From IMG/VR virus record IMGVR_UViG_3300050190_000059, positions 1 through 64,000 of that record: a DNA stretch of 64,000 nt, one strand, 5' to 3'. Position 1 is the first letter of the stretch; the number at the start of each line of letters is the position of its first letter. The notes below the pieces were generated by a model, which searched no databases, had not been told where the DNA came from, and saw nothing but the letters and a program-made list of their open reading frames with translations. Positions 24,092-33,267 of the stretch are shown here, piece by piece. The position numbers were made by a program, and so were the translations under genes. Source of the DNA: a virus.

Positions 24092-25716
24092 GCCTAGACC
24101 TAAATCCCGAACAGCAGACGGCGGTCGATGCCGTGGACGGCGACGTGGTAGTGATCGCGGGACCCGGCGCGGGGAAAACGCGCGTGCTGGTAGAGCGTTA
24201 CCTTAAGATGCGCATGAAGGGGATTCCCGACCGCGACATATTAAACCTGACGTTCACCAGTTCCGCCGCGAAAGAAATGGTGGAGCGTGTCGGGCTGATG
24301 AACTCTGACGACGTTTTTCGCACCTTCCATTCGTTCTCTCTGAATCTGATGAAGCAAGAGCGCGCTCACGTCCCGTTCCCGTTGTGCCCCGCGATTATCC
24401 CAGTGCGCGGCGAACAGTTCATGCTGATGAAGGACCTATTGAAGACGTACCCGCCCATCACCTCGTTCTTCGCGTTACGTGACGCGATCTCGAAGTGGAA
24501 GGCCGAGAACGTGGACCCGGAGCAGGCGATGGAAGAGGAGTTCGACTCCGGCATCAGATACTTCTACGCGATGGCGTACCGCGACTACGAGAGAAAATGC
24601 CGCGAGCAAGGCTGGCTGGATTTTGATTCGCTGATGAAAGAGACTGTCGCATTATTGGAGACCAACAATGCTGTCCGTGAACGAAGCAGGCGAAAGTACA
24701 TCGCTGTCGACGAGTGTCAAGACACCGATACTACCCAGTTCCAACTCCTCAGACTCTTGTACAATGGAAATATTTTTGTCGTTGGTGATGAGAACCAGCT
24801 TATCTACGAATGGCGCAGTGCTCAATCAGGAAACTTATCGAATTTCTCGAAAAGTTACGTCGGAGCAAGGACGCTGTATCTGGGTCAGAATTATCGCAGC
24901 ACTCAGAGGCTGGTAGATTTCTTCAAAAAGATTATCCCGGTCGACAACGGGCTGGCGAGTCACATGATCTCGATGCGGCCAGAGGGTGAGCCTGTTCGAA
25001 TCATCAACTACCTGCACGAGGATGAAGAGGCCAACGAGGTCTTGAATGACATCTTGAAGCGCAACGTGGCGGACGCGGCGGACAACTCAGCAATCTTGGC
25101 GCGCACCAATCGTCAGCTACAACTGATTCAACGGCGCGCGATGAGCCGCAACATCAAGGCTGAAATTCTCGGTAAGAAAAACGTGTGGCAGGAGAACGAG
25201 GTCAAGCACCTGATTGAACTCACCAAAGAAAGTTTTAAGGATTCTCGTCCGGCAGCGGTCGTGATGAAGAACCTGATTCATAGTCACAACATGGTGTACC
25301 GTTACACCAACACCAAGGGCAATCCTATGGATAAAGACCCTATCGAAAACATGAACGACATCGTTCGCATGGCGGGCCGCAAGAGCAAGGCGACCGGGCA
25401 GCCGTTGACCGTGCTCGAATTCCTCGACTGGATGCGCAAGATCACGCACATGCGCCGTACTAAGACGGAGCCAATCTTGACGCTCTCGACGGTGCACCAA
25501 GCGAAGGGCCGGGAGTGGAAGTACGTCTACGTGGTCGGATGCAACCAAGGCACGATGCCGCATATCAACGGTGAGATAATGGAAGAGAGCCGCATATTCT
25601 TCGTAGCGTGTAGCCGCGCGGCGGACGAGTTACAAATCAGCTACTCCAAAGTTCGCAGTCAGTTCTTGAATGACTTCGTGCAAGACATCGAAACTTTTGG
25701 TGAAGACGATGAATAG
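24088..25716 (+). CDS. UvrD/Rep-family SF1 helicase
   Basis: AGPGAGKT (I), TFTSSAAKEM (Ia), VDECQDT (II), VGDENQLIYEWRSA (III), QNYRS (IV), VHQAKGREW (VI). GTGA-coupled GTG start. Confidence 0.85.
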   Translation: MSLDLNPEQQTAVDAVDGDVVVIAGPGAGKTRVLVERYLKMRMKGIPDRDILNLTFTSSAAKEMVERVGLMNSDDVFRTFHSFSLNLMKQERAHVPFPLCPAIIPVRGEQFMLMKDLLKTYPPITSFFALRDAISKWKAENVDPEQAMEEEFDSGIRYFYAMAYRDYERKCREQGWLDFDSLMKETVALLETNNAVRERSRRKYIAVDECQDTDTTQFQLLRLLYNGNIFVVGDENQLIYEWRSAQSGNLSNFSKSYVGARTLYLGQNYRSTQRLVDFFKKIIPVDNGLASHMISMRPEGEPVRIINYLHEDEEANEVLNDILKRNVADAADNSAILARTNRQLQLIQRRAMSRNIKAEILGKKNVWQENEVKHLIELTKESFKDSRPAAVVMKNLIHSHNMVYRYTNTKGNPMDKDPIENMNDIVRMAGRKSKATGQPLTVLEFLDWMRKITHMRRTKTEPILTLSTVHQAKGREWKYVYVVGCNQGTMPHINGEIMEESRIFFVACSRAADELQISYSKVRSQFLNDFVQDIETFGEDDE

Positions 25717-26668
25717 CTGGGCAGAAAGAATGAGGAAAGTAAGTGCAAAGGTCGAAAGGGAGTATCTAATGACACCTGAACCTAAAAAAGAAAAGAACTA
25801 CACCCACTGGGCGAAGCGTAAAGACCGTTTCTACCCGACGTTAGTGACTCACGACCTTATACCCAGCGCGGTATACGAGAGCCGAGAGGACTCAGAGGGC
25901 AACACGTACCTGCGCAAGATCGCGTTCCCATCTGACGACCTGCTGCTGATTCCCGGGACGCCTGTGGACTACGTGCTCAACCAGATCGAAGAGTTCTGGG
26001 GTCGAGAGGAGTTCTTCAAAGAGCTAGGCCTCGTGTACAAGCGCGGCGTGCTCTTCTACGGCCCCGCTGGCTGCGGTAAGACCAGCATCATCCGCCTGTT
26101 GTGCACCGAGATCATCAAGCGCGATGGTCTGGTACTCTCTATCACCGACTTGGAGCATGACCAAGACATTCTGTTGAAGGTGCGCGAGGTGGAACCCGAC
26201 CGCCCAATCATGTGCATCTTCGAAGACATTGAGAAGCTGACCGAGAATAAGGAAACCGAGAGTGACCTACTATCCTTCCTAGACGGTGAGAAACAAATCG
26301 GCAACGTCATCAACGTGGCGACCACCAATAAGCCGGACATCTTAGAAGAGCGTTTGATAAAACGTCCGGGCCGATTTGACCTCGTGATCGGACTCAATCC
26401 GCCAGTGGTAGAGGCACGCGCCACTTACCTGACCAAGCTGTTTAAGGATAAGACGGTAGAAGAGATCGCACACTACGCAGCAGAGACAGATGGTCTCGGC
26501 ATGGCCCACCTCCGCGAGTTGGCCGTCTCGATGCTGGCCTTCAACCACACCTTCGAGGCCACCGTGGCCCGCATGAAGGGCAATGTCAAGGAAGTCTTCC
26601 GCATGAGCAAGGTCGGGGAGAAGATGGGGAACGTCGGATTCACCATCGGCTTCAAAGGCCACAAATAA
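25709..26668 (+). CDS. AAA+ ATPase (classic AAA clade)
   Basis: LFYGPAGCGKTS (Walker A), IMCIFEDIEKL (Walker B), ATTNKPDILEERLIKRPGRFD (SRH). Alternative start ATG 25769 has an AAAGGGAG RBS. Confidence 0.8.
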   Translation: MNSWAERMRKVSAKVEREYLMTPEPKKEKNYTHWAKRKDRFYPTLVTHDLIPSAVYESREDSEGNTYLRKIAFPSDDLLLIPGTPVDYVLNQIEEFWGREEFFKELGLVYKRGVLFYGPAGCGKTSIIRLLCTEIIKRDGLVLSITDLEHDQDILLKVREVEPDRPIMCIFEDIEKLTENKETESDLLSFLDGEKQIGNVINVATTNKPDILEERLIKRPGRFDLVIGLNPPVVEARATYLTKLFKDKTVEEIAHYAAETDGLGMAHLRELAVSMLAFNHTFEATVARMKGNVKEVFRMSKVGEKMGNVGFTIGFKGHK

Positions 26669-27885
26669 TGGCCTTCCTTTACATAAACACGAAGGGACAA
26701 CCGTGGCGCAAGCACTCGTACAGCGCAGGCAATCTGTTCGACCACTGCCCGTTCGCCTATAAGATGCAAAAGATTCACGGGTGGAAGGAAAAGAATTTGA
26801 AGGCGCGCTTCGAGTTGGGACGCGCGTTCGAGTCTGCGGTCCAGTATTTTCACGAGAACAGCGGAGACACCGCCGCCGCGATTAAGCATTTCCTCGCGCA
26901 GTGGGAGACGTGCCACACCACAACGGGACTGCAATATACGAAGGTCGAGAGGGACTGGGACACGTGCGCGCGCATCGGAACCGACTGGCTGAAGTTGTAC
27001 GCTATCCGTCGGCCATCTCTGCCAATCCCGCTGGGCGGGCAGGTTTTGTTTCAACGTCAGTACGAGAAAGAAGTATTTCCGGGAGACCCAAACTATGGAG
27101 AAATTCTCGACATCGGTAAACTTGACATTGTGGCCTTTGTGGAACCGAACCATCCTCTATTACCCAAACTCAATTGGCTCCCAGAGTACGGAGCGTTCCG
27201 GCCTGTCATCATCGACATTAAGACGGCAGGATCGGATTTTCCAGAGGCTTATGGAATTGCAGCGTTCGATCCGCAACTTCGCCGCTATTCATGGCTCTCT
27301 GGAATCCGTGACGTTGCACTTCTGTGGTTCGTCAAGAAAGGCCTCAAAATCCAAAAAGGTTATTCGGTAACCCTCTTGGAGGACGCCGGATTCATGAAGG
27401 CCGGACAGGAGGCCGTGGTCGCGCAGTGCGACGGCGAAGACATCTGGTTGCTCGCGAACGACTTCATGGTCGAAGAGATGGAGCGCGTTCAAGGCAAGAA
27501 GACAGATAAGAAGGGCGTAGTGAAGACGGACCAGACCGACGCGGCAAAGGAACGCCGCGACAAGTGGTTGAAAGAGAACGGGACCAACGTCGACGAGGAC
27601 ATGATTACCAAGCAGCGTCTGCAATTCAACGCGGGCTTCGTGACCGTGGAGTCGGCGGACGATGCTGGCAAGATCGCGCAACGCCAGATCATCAACATCG
27701 TAAACTCGTGGCACTCCGGCAACTGGGAGAACAAGTTTGGCGTGCGCTACCCGCACGACGACCGCTCCGACCCGTACTTCCGCGCCTTCGTTTTAAATGA
27801 GGTAGGCTTCAAGGACCAGAATTTTGAAAAGTCGGACGAGGATGTTGATATCTTCGCCGACGAAGACACCGAAGGGGAATTATGA
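26668..27885 (+). CDS. PD-(D/E)XK (Cas4/RecB-like) nuclease
   Basis: YSAGNLFDHCPFAYKMQKIHGW at the N-terminus. GKLDIVAF...VIIDIKTAG core (D..D/E-x-K). Confidence 0.65.
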   Translation: MAFLYINTKGQPWRKHSYSAGNLFDHCPFAYKMQKIHGWKEKNLKARFELGRAFESAVQYFHENSGDTAAAIKHFLAQWETCHTTTGLQYTKVERDWDTCARIGTDWLKLYAIRRPSLPIPLGGQVLFQRQYEKEVFPGDPNYGEILDIGKLDIVAFVEPNHPLLPKLNWLPEYGAFRPVIIDIKTAGSDFPEAYGIAAFDPQLRRYSWLSGIRDVALLWFVKKGLKIQKGYSVTLLEDAGFMKAGQEAVVAQCDGEDIWLLANDFMVEEMERVQGKKTDKKGVVKTDQTDAAKERRDKWLKENGTNVDEDMITKQRLQFNAGFVTVESADDAGKIAQRQIINIVNSWHSGNWENKFGVRYPHDDRSDPYFRAFVLNEVGFKDQNFEKSDEDVDIFADEDTEGEL

Positions 27886-28148
27886 ATAAGATAAAATGCA
27901 GCGGCAAAAACTGCATGGCAACATTTGATACATTCGAGCCGCTCCACCGAGACGCGAAGTACACATGCCGGGAACACACAGCGAAGGGCAGCGATAAGGT
28001 TCGCTTCCAAGCGAGCCAGTTTGATAAAGAACTGAGCCGCGCGGGAACTCCCATCGGCACATCGCATATACCGAGACGGATAGGCGCGGCACAGCCTACA
28101 GGCCTTCGACCCGCCAGCGTACTCGCAGAGGAGGAGGATGATGGCTAA
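27882..28148 (+). CDS. hypothetical protein
   Basis: 88-aa ORF, ATGA coupling. Confidence 0.6.
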   Translation: MNKIKCSGKNCMATFDTFEPLHRDAKYTCREHTAKGSDKVRFQASQFDKELSRAGTPIGTSHIPRRIGAAQPTGLRPASVLAEEEDDG

Positions 28149-28572
28149 CTCCGACACGTTCAAAGAACTACGCGGATACCTAGACGGCCAAGACACCTTC
28201 ATGACAGGCGGCCATCAGGTCATCAAGCCGCGTCGCAGTGATCGTCAGACGCCGGACTGGGCGGCCACCAATAAAAGCATCCAGATCATTCTTTTGCGCT
28301 CGTTCCCCAATCTGAAGACCAACCTGACACAACGAAAGAGGGCAGCCCGTTGGGCAGAAATCATTCAACTGTATTACCGTATGCATATATCGAAGAGGCA
28401 GATTTCGGAACAGCTAAAGTTAAACTACAACACAGTACAAATGCTAGTTAGAAACATTAAGCGGGCTGCGAACGGAAAAAGGGCAGACGGCACGGGATTT
28501 TTAACTGGTAAACCAAAAGGACGGCCAAGAAAGAATGACACCCATCAAACCGCTTTGGGAGTTCAAAAATGA
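28138..28572 (+). CDS. sigma-70 region-4-like HTH protein with AT-hook tail
   Basis: RAARWAEIIQLYYRMHISKRQISEQLKLNYNTVQMLVRNIKR. C-terminal KPKGRPRKN. Confidence 0.6.
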   Translation: MMANSDTFKELRGYLDGQDTFMTGGHQVIKPRRSDRQTPDWAATNKSIQIILLRSFPNLKTNLTQRKRAARWAEIIQLYYRMHISKRQISEQLKLNYNTVQMLVRNIKRAANGKRADGTGFLTGKPKGRPRKNDTHQTALGVQK

Positions 28573-29210
28573 TTTCACGCGTACACCACTGCGTCGGGCA
28601 GATAGATGTAGCAGAAGGAAGGAAGGAACCGCCAGCCCCGAGTTGCAGATGCAGAAAATTTATTTCGATTGAGAAGGCGACCGAGTTCGTCAAACTGGGC
28701 GAGGTAAGCTGGGTGGTCATTGGCCGCACCCGTGGCCTCGCGCAAGTGGTCTGCAAACTGTGCGGGGGCGACAAGAGCATCAAAAACTGTGCAGAGTGTC
28801 GCGGCAAAGGCCTCGCGCCAGTGCCCGTTACTTGGGACGAGTACAACAACGATATCGTGCTGGTTAGCCAGTTGCCAGAAGACAAGACGGAGAAGAAACG
28901 CAGTTCGGTTTTGAAAAAGAAGACGCCGCGCGTCGCCACAATCGAGGCACCTCACATCGAGCGCGCCTACGTGTACGGCAAAAAAGAGGCGCAACAGCGC
29001 ATCGAGCAGTACGGCGAGATGGTCGCGTGGGGGCTGCAAGAACTAGGCGCGGAAATAAACATTAGTTGTAAGTATTGTGGTCTTTTGCGCGGATGTCGAT
29101 GCGTGGGCGACCGTAAGACCGGGAAAGTTATTATGGAGGGTAGGCCGGAACCAAAGAACGACGCGAAGAAAGGTTTGGGCCGCGACCATGACTGGGGTCG
29201 CTGCGTATAA
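28569..29210 (+). CDS. Cys-rich protein with a DnaJ-type CxxCxGxG zinc-finger-like segment
   Basis: CKLCGGDKSIKNCAECRGKG. Additional CKYCGLLRGCRC. Confidence 0.6.
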   Translation: MISRVHHCVGQIDVAEGRKEPPAPSCRCRKFISIEKATEFVKLGEVSWVVIGRTRGLAQVVCKLCGGDKSIKNCAECRGKGLAPVPVTWDEYNNDIVLVSQLPEDKTEKKRSSVLKKKTPRVATIEAPHIERAYVYGKKEAQQRIEQYGEMVAWGLQELGAEINISCKYCGLLRGCRCVGDRKTGKVIMEGRPEPKNDAKKGLGRDHDWGRCV

Positions 29211-29512
29211 TGGGCATAAGCTACATTTCGAGCAGAGATAAAGATCGCTGTATGCGAGCCAACACTCTTGCTCGTAAAAGAAATCAGGCTTACGTTTCGC
29301 AAGACAAAGAGCGCGGATGTCAGCAGTGTGGTGAAACGCACCCTAGGTGCCTCGACTATCATCACAGAGATAGGGCTACCAAACATTTAGCGATAAGTGT
29401 TTTAAAGAGCCGCTCTTATTCTTTGGAGATTCTCAAAGCAGAAATAGAAAAGTGCGATTTGCTTTGCGCTAACTGCCACAGGAAATTGGAAGATTCATTG
29501 GAGAAACCATGA
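29210..29512 (+). CDS. HNH endonuclease
   Basis: CQQCGE...LDYHHRD...LLCANCHRKLE. Confidence 0.8.
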   Translation: MGISYISSRDKDRCMRANTLARKRNQAYVSQDKERGCQQCGETHPRCLDYHHRDRATKHLAISVLKSRSYSLEILKAEIEKCDLLCANCHRKLEDSLEKP

Positions 29513-30072
29513 CCGACGAACTCACACCAGACCCGTTCGTAACCACGCCGGAGTTACAAGCTGCAATTGACGCGGCCTTGGCTGCGGTTCTAAACCGTCC
29601 GTACGCTGCGCGCAACCCGCAGTTAGGCAAGATGATTAACTGTCAAGTGTGCCGATCACGCCACCGCAAGAACGAAAAGCAGTGCGAGCAGGTCTTCACA
29701 CACCGGGTAGATCACGACAACTACGAGTTACTACGAGAGAACGACAATGGTGAACTCGTACCGGACTACCGCACCTGTACGAAGGAAGGCGAGCGTCCGA
29801 CGATGAAACAGCTTATGGGCGCGTCGGCATTCAACAAGAAACGTTTCCACCCGCACCCATCGAAAATCAAACTGCTACTTATCGAGTATACCCGCGAGGC
29901 CTTTACTGCTCTCGGTTTCCCTCTCGATAACAAGGCAGCGGATTTTGAAAAGAACCTGCAACGCGCCCGTGTCGTGGCCGCCCGTCGTATCCGCAAGGAA
30001 CGCCGACTGCGTACCCGTGCGACGAACCGTCAAAGAGACAAGGCAAAACGCATCAACAAGGGGCTGCTATGA
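29509..30072 (+). CDS. hypothetical protein with basic C-terminus
   Basis: 187-aa ORF, ATGA coupling. Confidence 0.65.
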   Translation: MTDELTPDPFVTTPELQAAIDAALAAVLNRPYAARNPQLGKMINCQVCRSRHRKNEKQCEQVFTHRVDHDNYELLRENDNGELVPDYRTCTKEGERPTMKQLMGASAFNKKRFHPHPSKIKLLLIEYTREAFTALGFPLDNKAADFEKNLQRARVVAARRIRKERRLRTRATNRQRDKAKRINKGLL

Positions 30073-30326
30073 GCAGAGAGTTGAGAAAGACCGTGGAGAA
30101 AATCATTCTGACCGACTGGCCGAAGATGAAGTACATGGAGGCCAACTATCGCGGCATGGAGACGGATGATTTGTTAAAATACCGTAGCCGTATATATCAT
30201 TTGATGATGATGGACGACAGTGAAACCGCAGGCGGCTGGGTTGTGAACATCAACATCGAGGGTATCGTCGATGAACTCAAATTTCGAAAAGCCCTTCCAA
30301 AGAATGATGGATGGGGCGATGCTTGA
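30069..30326 (+). CDS. hypothetical protein
   Basis: 85-aa ORF, ATGA coupling. Confidence 0.6.
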   Translation: MSRELRKTVEKIILTDWPKMKYMEANYRGMETDDLLKYRSRIYHLMMMDDSETAGGWVVNINIEGIVDELKFRKALPKNDGWGDA

Positions 30327-31086
30327 AAATATCACCATCCTAATCCCGACCTTCCACCGACGCGGTTACCTCTGCGACTGTTTGATGGGAATCGCCGAGA
30401 ATCTACCCGAGTGTTCGGTGTTGGTTGCCTCGGATGACGGCCTTCCTCCAGAGCGCGCTTGGCTCACAGATGGCATCCTCAGAGATAGCTGGTTCACGAT
30501 GTCTTATGATGTAGGCTTGACCGCGAAGCGGAATCTATTAGTACAAGGGACACTGACGCGGTACGCGCTGATGGGGTCGGACGACTTCGACTTCTCCACA
30601 CCAGAGGCGCGCGAAGGTATCATTAGGATGGCTCAACTATTCAAGGCTTCAGATTTAACTTTTATGGAGGTTGACGTCGCGTGCGGACGGGTCAACAACC
30701 GACCGTACGAGGGTCATCTTGAGTACGTTCCCGGCCAATATATTAAAGAGCACCGTATCGGGCCACGGCAGGCCGCGAGGGTAACCGGAATCGACATCGC
30801 GGCAAATTACTTTCTCGCCCGCGCTGACTTCCTTAGAAAGTTCCCTTGGGACGAGACCATCCGGCCTATCGGTGGGGAGCACGCGGACTGGTTCTTAGAC
30901 TTGAAGGCGGCGGGCAGAAAGGTCGTGTTCGTCCCCGGCGTGAACATCAACGAACTTCCGAAGGACCGCAGTAAAGAGCATCCCGACTACCGCACGTTCC
31001 GCAATCGATGCTGGGAAGGCCACGCGATCTTCATGAAAAAGCGCGGCATCAAGAAGTATTACGGATTCGATGAAGACGTACAATAG
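30319..31086 (+). CDS. glycosyltransferase, GT-A fold (GT2-like)
   Basis: ITILIPTFHRRGYL...VLVASDDG...LMGSDDFDF. The start is uncertain (30304-30319). Confidence 0.65.
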   Translation: MLENITILIPTFHRRGYLCDCLMGIAENLPECSVLVASDDGLPPERAWLTDGILRDSWFTMSYDVGLTAKRNLLVQGTLTRYALMGSDDFDFSTPEAREGIIRMAQLFKASDLTFMEVDVACGRVNNRPYEGHLEYVPGQYIKEHRIGPRQAARVTGIDIAANYFLARADFLRKFPWDETIRPIGGEHADWFLDLKAAGRKVVFVPGVNINELPKDRSKEHPDYRTFRNRCWEGHAIFMKKRGIKKYYGFDEDVQ

Positions 31087-31096
31087 GAGAACTAAA

Positions 31097-31291
31097 ATGG
31101 CAAAACAAAAGGTAGCAAAGGCAATTCAAATTGGTTCGGTGGTTCAGTTCAAGAGTGGCGGGCCGCTCATGACCGTAGTCAAAGGCGTATCAGGGGGCGA
31201 CAGCACCATTCTAACGGTGTTGTGGATAGCAGAAGAACGCTATCTTCAAAAGGCCGAAGTCGCCATCCAAGCGTTCAAACTGATACGCTAA
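31097..31291 (+). CDS. YodC/DUF2158-like small protein
   Basis: VVQFKSGGPLMTVV...LWIAEERYLQKAEVAIQAFKL. TAGGAGAA RBS. Confidence 0.6.
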   Translation: MAKQKVAKAIQIGSVVQFKSGGPLMTVVKGVSGGDSTILTVLWIAEERYLQKAEVAIQAFKLIR

Positions 31292-32244
31292 TGGACCTGA
31301 TAATCTACCACGGAAATTGTCCCGACGGCTGGGCCGCAGCGTACATCTGCAAGCTGAAGTACCCGGAGGCCGAGTTCATGCCCCTCAATCATGGTCTGAC
31401 AGACGAGGCATTGGAAGACCTATTTGCGATGGTCGACAATAAACACGTCATCATGGTCGACTATTCGCTGCGCACTCGCGAGTTGAACGACAAGTTAGCC
31501 GCACTCGCGAACACGTTCCGTATTCTCGACCATCACAAGACAGCGCAGGCCGTGTTGGAGGGCGCACCGTACGCGATCTTCGATATGAAACGCTCAGGCG
31601 CTGGCATGGCGTGGGATTATCTGTTCGGCAAGGACGCGTATTTGGAGGGCGACGGATACTTAGAACGACCATTCTGGATTTCGTACACCGAGGACCAAGA
31701 TTTGTGGAACTGGGTGTTGCCGCACTCCCAAGAGATCAACGCCTATTTGATGGTGCAACCGCGCACCGTTGAAGTGTGGGATAAAATAATTGAGATGAGT
31801 GCCGCTGATGCTGAGAAAAGAGGTAAAGGCGTCCGCTCGTACATCGAATACTACACCCGCTCCGTCCTCGCAGAGGTACAAGAGGGCGTTCTATTTTTCC
31901 AGACGGGCACAATCGAGTCAGAGGACGAGACCATCACCCTTCCCGTTTATACCAGTTACCGCACCGGGGTCCTCAACATCCCGTACGTGGGAGTCAGCGA
32001 GGCTGGCGCGGCATTAGTCGAGAGTGGATTCGACATCGGCCTCGCGTGGTTCGAGCGCGGCGACGGTCTGATTCAGTTCTCTTTGCGTAGCAAAAAGGGC
32101 GGCCCAATCGACGTCGCCGCAATCGCAAAGACCTACGGCGGCGGCGGCCACAACAACGCGGCAGGTTTTCAAGTTAGTCTCAGAGAGGGTCGCGACATCG
32201 TCGACGGCATCATAGGGAGACTCAGTTATGAAAAATCGAATTGA
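31291..32244 (+). CDS. DHH/DHHA1-family phosphoesterase
   Basis: IIYHGNCPDGWAAAY, RILDHHKT (DHH), GGGGHNNAAGF (DHHA1 GGGH). Confidence 0.8.
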   Translation: MDLIIYHGNCPDGWAAAYICKLKYPEAEFMPLNHGLTDEALEDLFAMVDNKHVIMVDYSLRTRELNDKLAALANTFRILDHHKTAQAVLEGAPYAIFDMKRSGAGMAWDYLFGKDAYLEGDGYLERPFWISYTEDQDLWNWVLPHSQEINAYLMVQPRTVEVWDKIIEMSAADAEKRGKGVRSYIEYYTRSVLAEVQEGVLFFQTGTIESEDETITLPVYTSYRTGVLNIPYVGVSEAGAALVESGFDIGLAWFERGDGLIQFSLRSKKGGPIDVAAIAKTYGGGGHNNAAGFQVSLREGRDIVDGIIGRLSYEKSN

Positions 32245-32572
32245 CATCATAGAGTTCCCTGTCTTCTCCGACTTCATCGTCCACGTTGAAGTGACAAAGA
32301 ACTTACAAAAGACTACGATGAAGTATCCAAGTGTCGCGTGTTCGGCGGACGAGATCGATAACAACACAGACGCGGTCACGTTGTACGCTAACGGAAAGGT
32401 CTGTTTCATATTCTTACAACCCGATGCTTCTGCTGGAACAGTGGCCCACGAGGCCTTTCACGCCGTCGAGAATATGATGAGCTATTTCGATATGGACTTG
32501 GGCGGGGAGACTTCGGCGTATCACATCGGGTATATAGTGAACCGTGCATTCAAATTGTTGAGGAAACGATGA
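32228..32572 (+). CDS. small HExxH metallopeptidase-like protein
   Basis: GTVAHEAFHAVENMM. 114 aa. Confidence 0.5.
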   Translation: MKNRIDIIEFPVFSDFIVHVEVTKNLQKTTMKYPSVACSADEIDNNTDAVTLYANGKVCFIFLQPDASAGTVAHEAFHAVENMMSYFDMDLGGETSAYHIGYIVNRAFKLLRKR

Positions 32573-33267
32573 CACTACTTATCGCAGTTAAGAGTTGCCG
32601 TGCAGACCTAGATCGCGGGTGTCATGACGTGATTCGCTCGACGTGGGGGCTAGCCTTGCGCGGTAAGGCGATGGTGCGTTTCTTCGTCGGCCACACGGCC
32701 AGCGACTACTTCATGGCCCACCCAAAGGCCGACGCGAGAACATTCTCAAACGACGAGGTTGTGGTGGACGCACCCGACGATTATCAGTCACTGCCACATA
32801 AGACTCGCGCCATCTGCGGCTGGGCGATCACTAAGAACGTCAGCCACGTGTTCCTCTGCGACAACGACACTTATGTGAACGCGGCGAAGCTACTCTCTTG
32901 CGGGTACGAGGGCTACGACTACGTAGGCAAGATCGACAAGCCGTTGGGAGAAACCTTCCCTTACGACGCGGTTGACCGCAATGGAATAATGGAGCACATC
33001 CCCTTCTGTTACCCGTGGGCCAGCGGCGGCTTCGGCTACTTCCTGTCTCGCAACGCGGCCTTCGAGGTGGCAGACAGCTATCCGAAGACGTGGGCAGAGG
33101 ATTTGTGGGTTGGTCAAGTTCTGGGACGAGAGATCGCAAAGAAAGAAATGTCGGCACTCAGTCTCCCGGCACGTAGTTACTCTGAGCACTTTCCGTCCGC
33201 ACAATTCAAACAGGGATACGACCCGAAACTGAAGTGGATGGAAAAGATGCACGCGGAGAACAAGTGA
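32569..33267 (+). CDS. GT31/Fringe-like glycosyltransferase (beta-1,3-Gal/GlcNAc-transferase family)
   Basis: LLIAVKSCRADLDRGCHDVIRSTWG, DDYQSLPHKTRAICGWA, FLCDNDTYVN (DxD), ASGGFGYFLSRNAA, EDLWVGQVLG. Confidence 0.65.
   Translation: MTLLIAVKSCRADLDRGCHDVIRSTWGLALRGKAMVRFFVGHTASDYFMAHPKADARTFSNDEVVVDAPDDYQSLPHKTRAICGWAITKNVSHVFLCDNDTYVNAAKLLSCGYEGYDYVGKIDKPLGETFPYDAVDRNGIMEHIPFCYPWASGGFGYFLSRNAAFEVADSYPKTWAEDLWVGQVLGREIAKKEMSALSLPARSYSEHFPSAQFKQGYDPKLKWMEKMHAENK

Noticed and set aside
26473-27153. 226-aa minus-strand ORF spanning the AAA+/nuclease junction
   Set aside because: It overlaps two well-supported + strand genes, and its composition is antisense-type.
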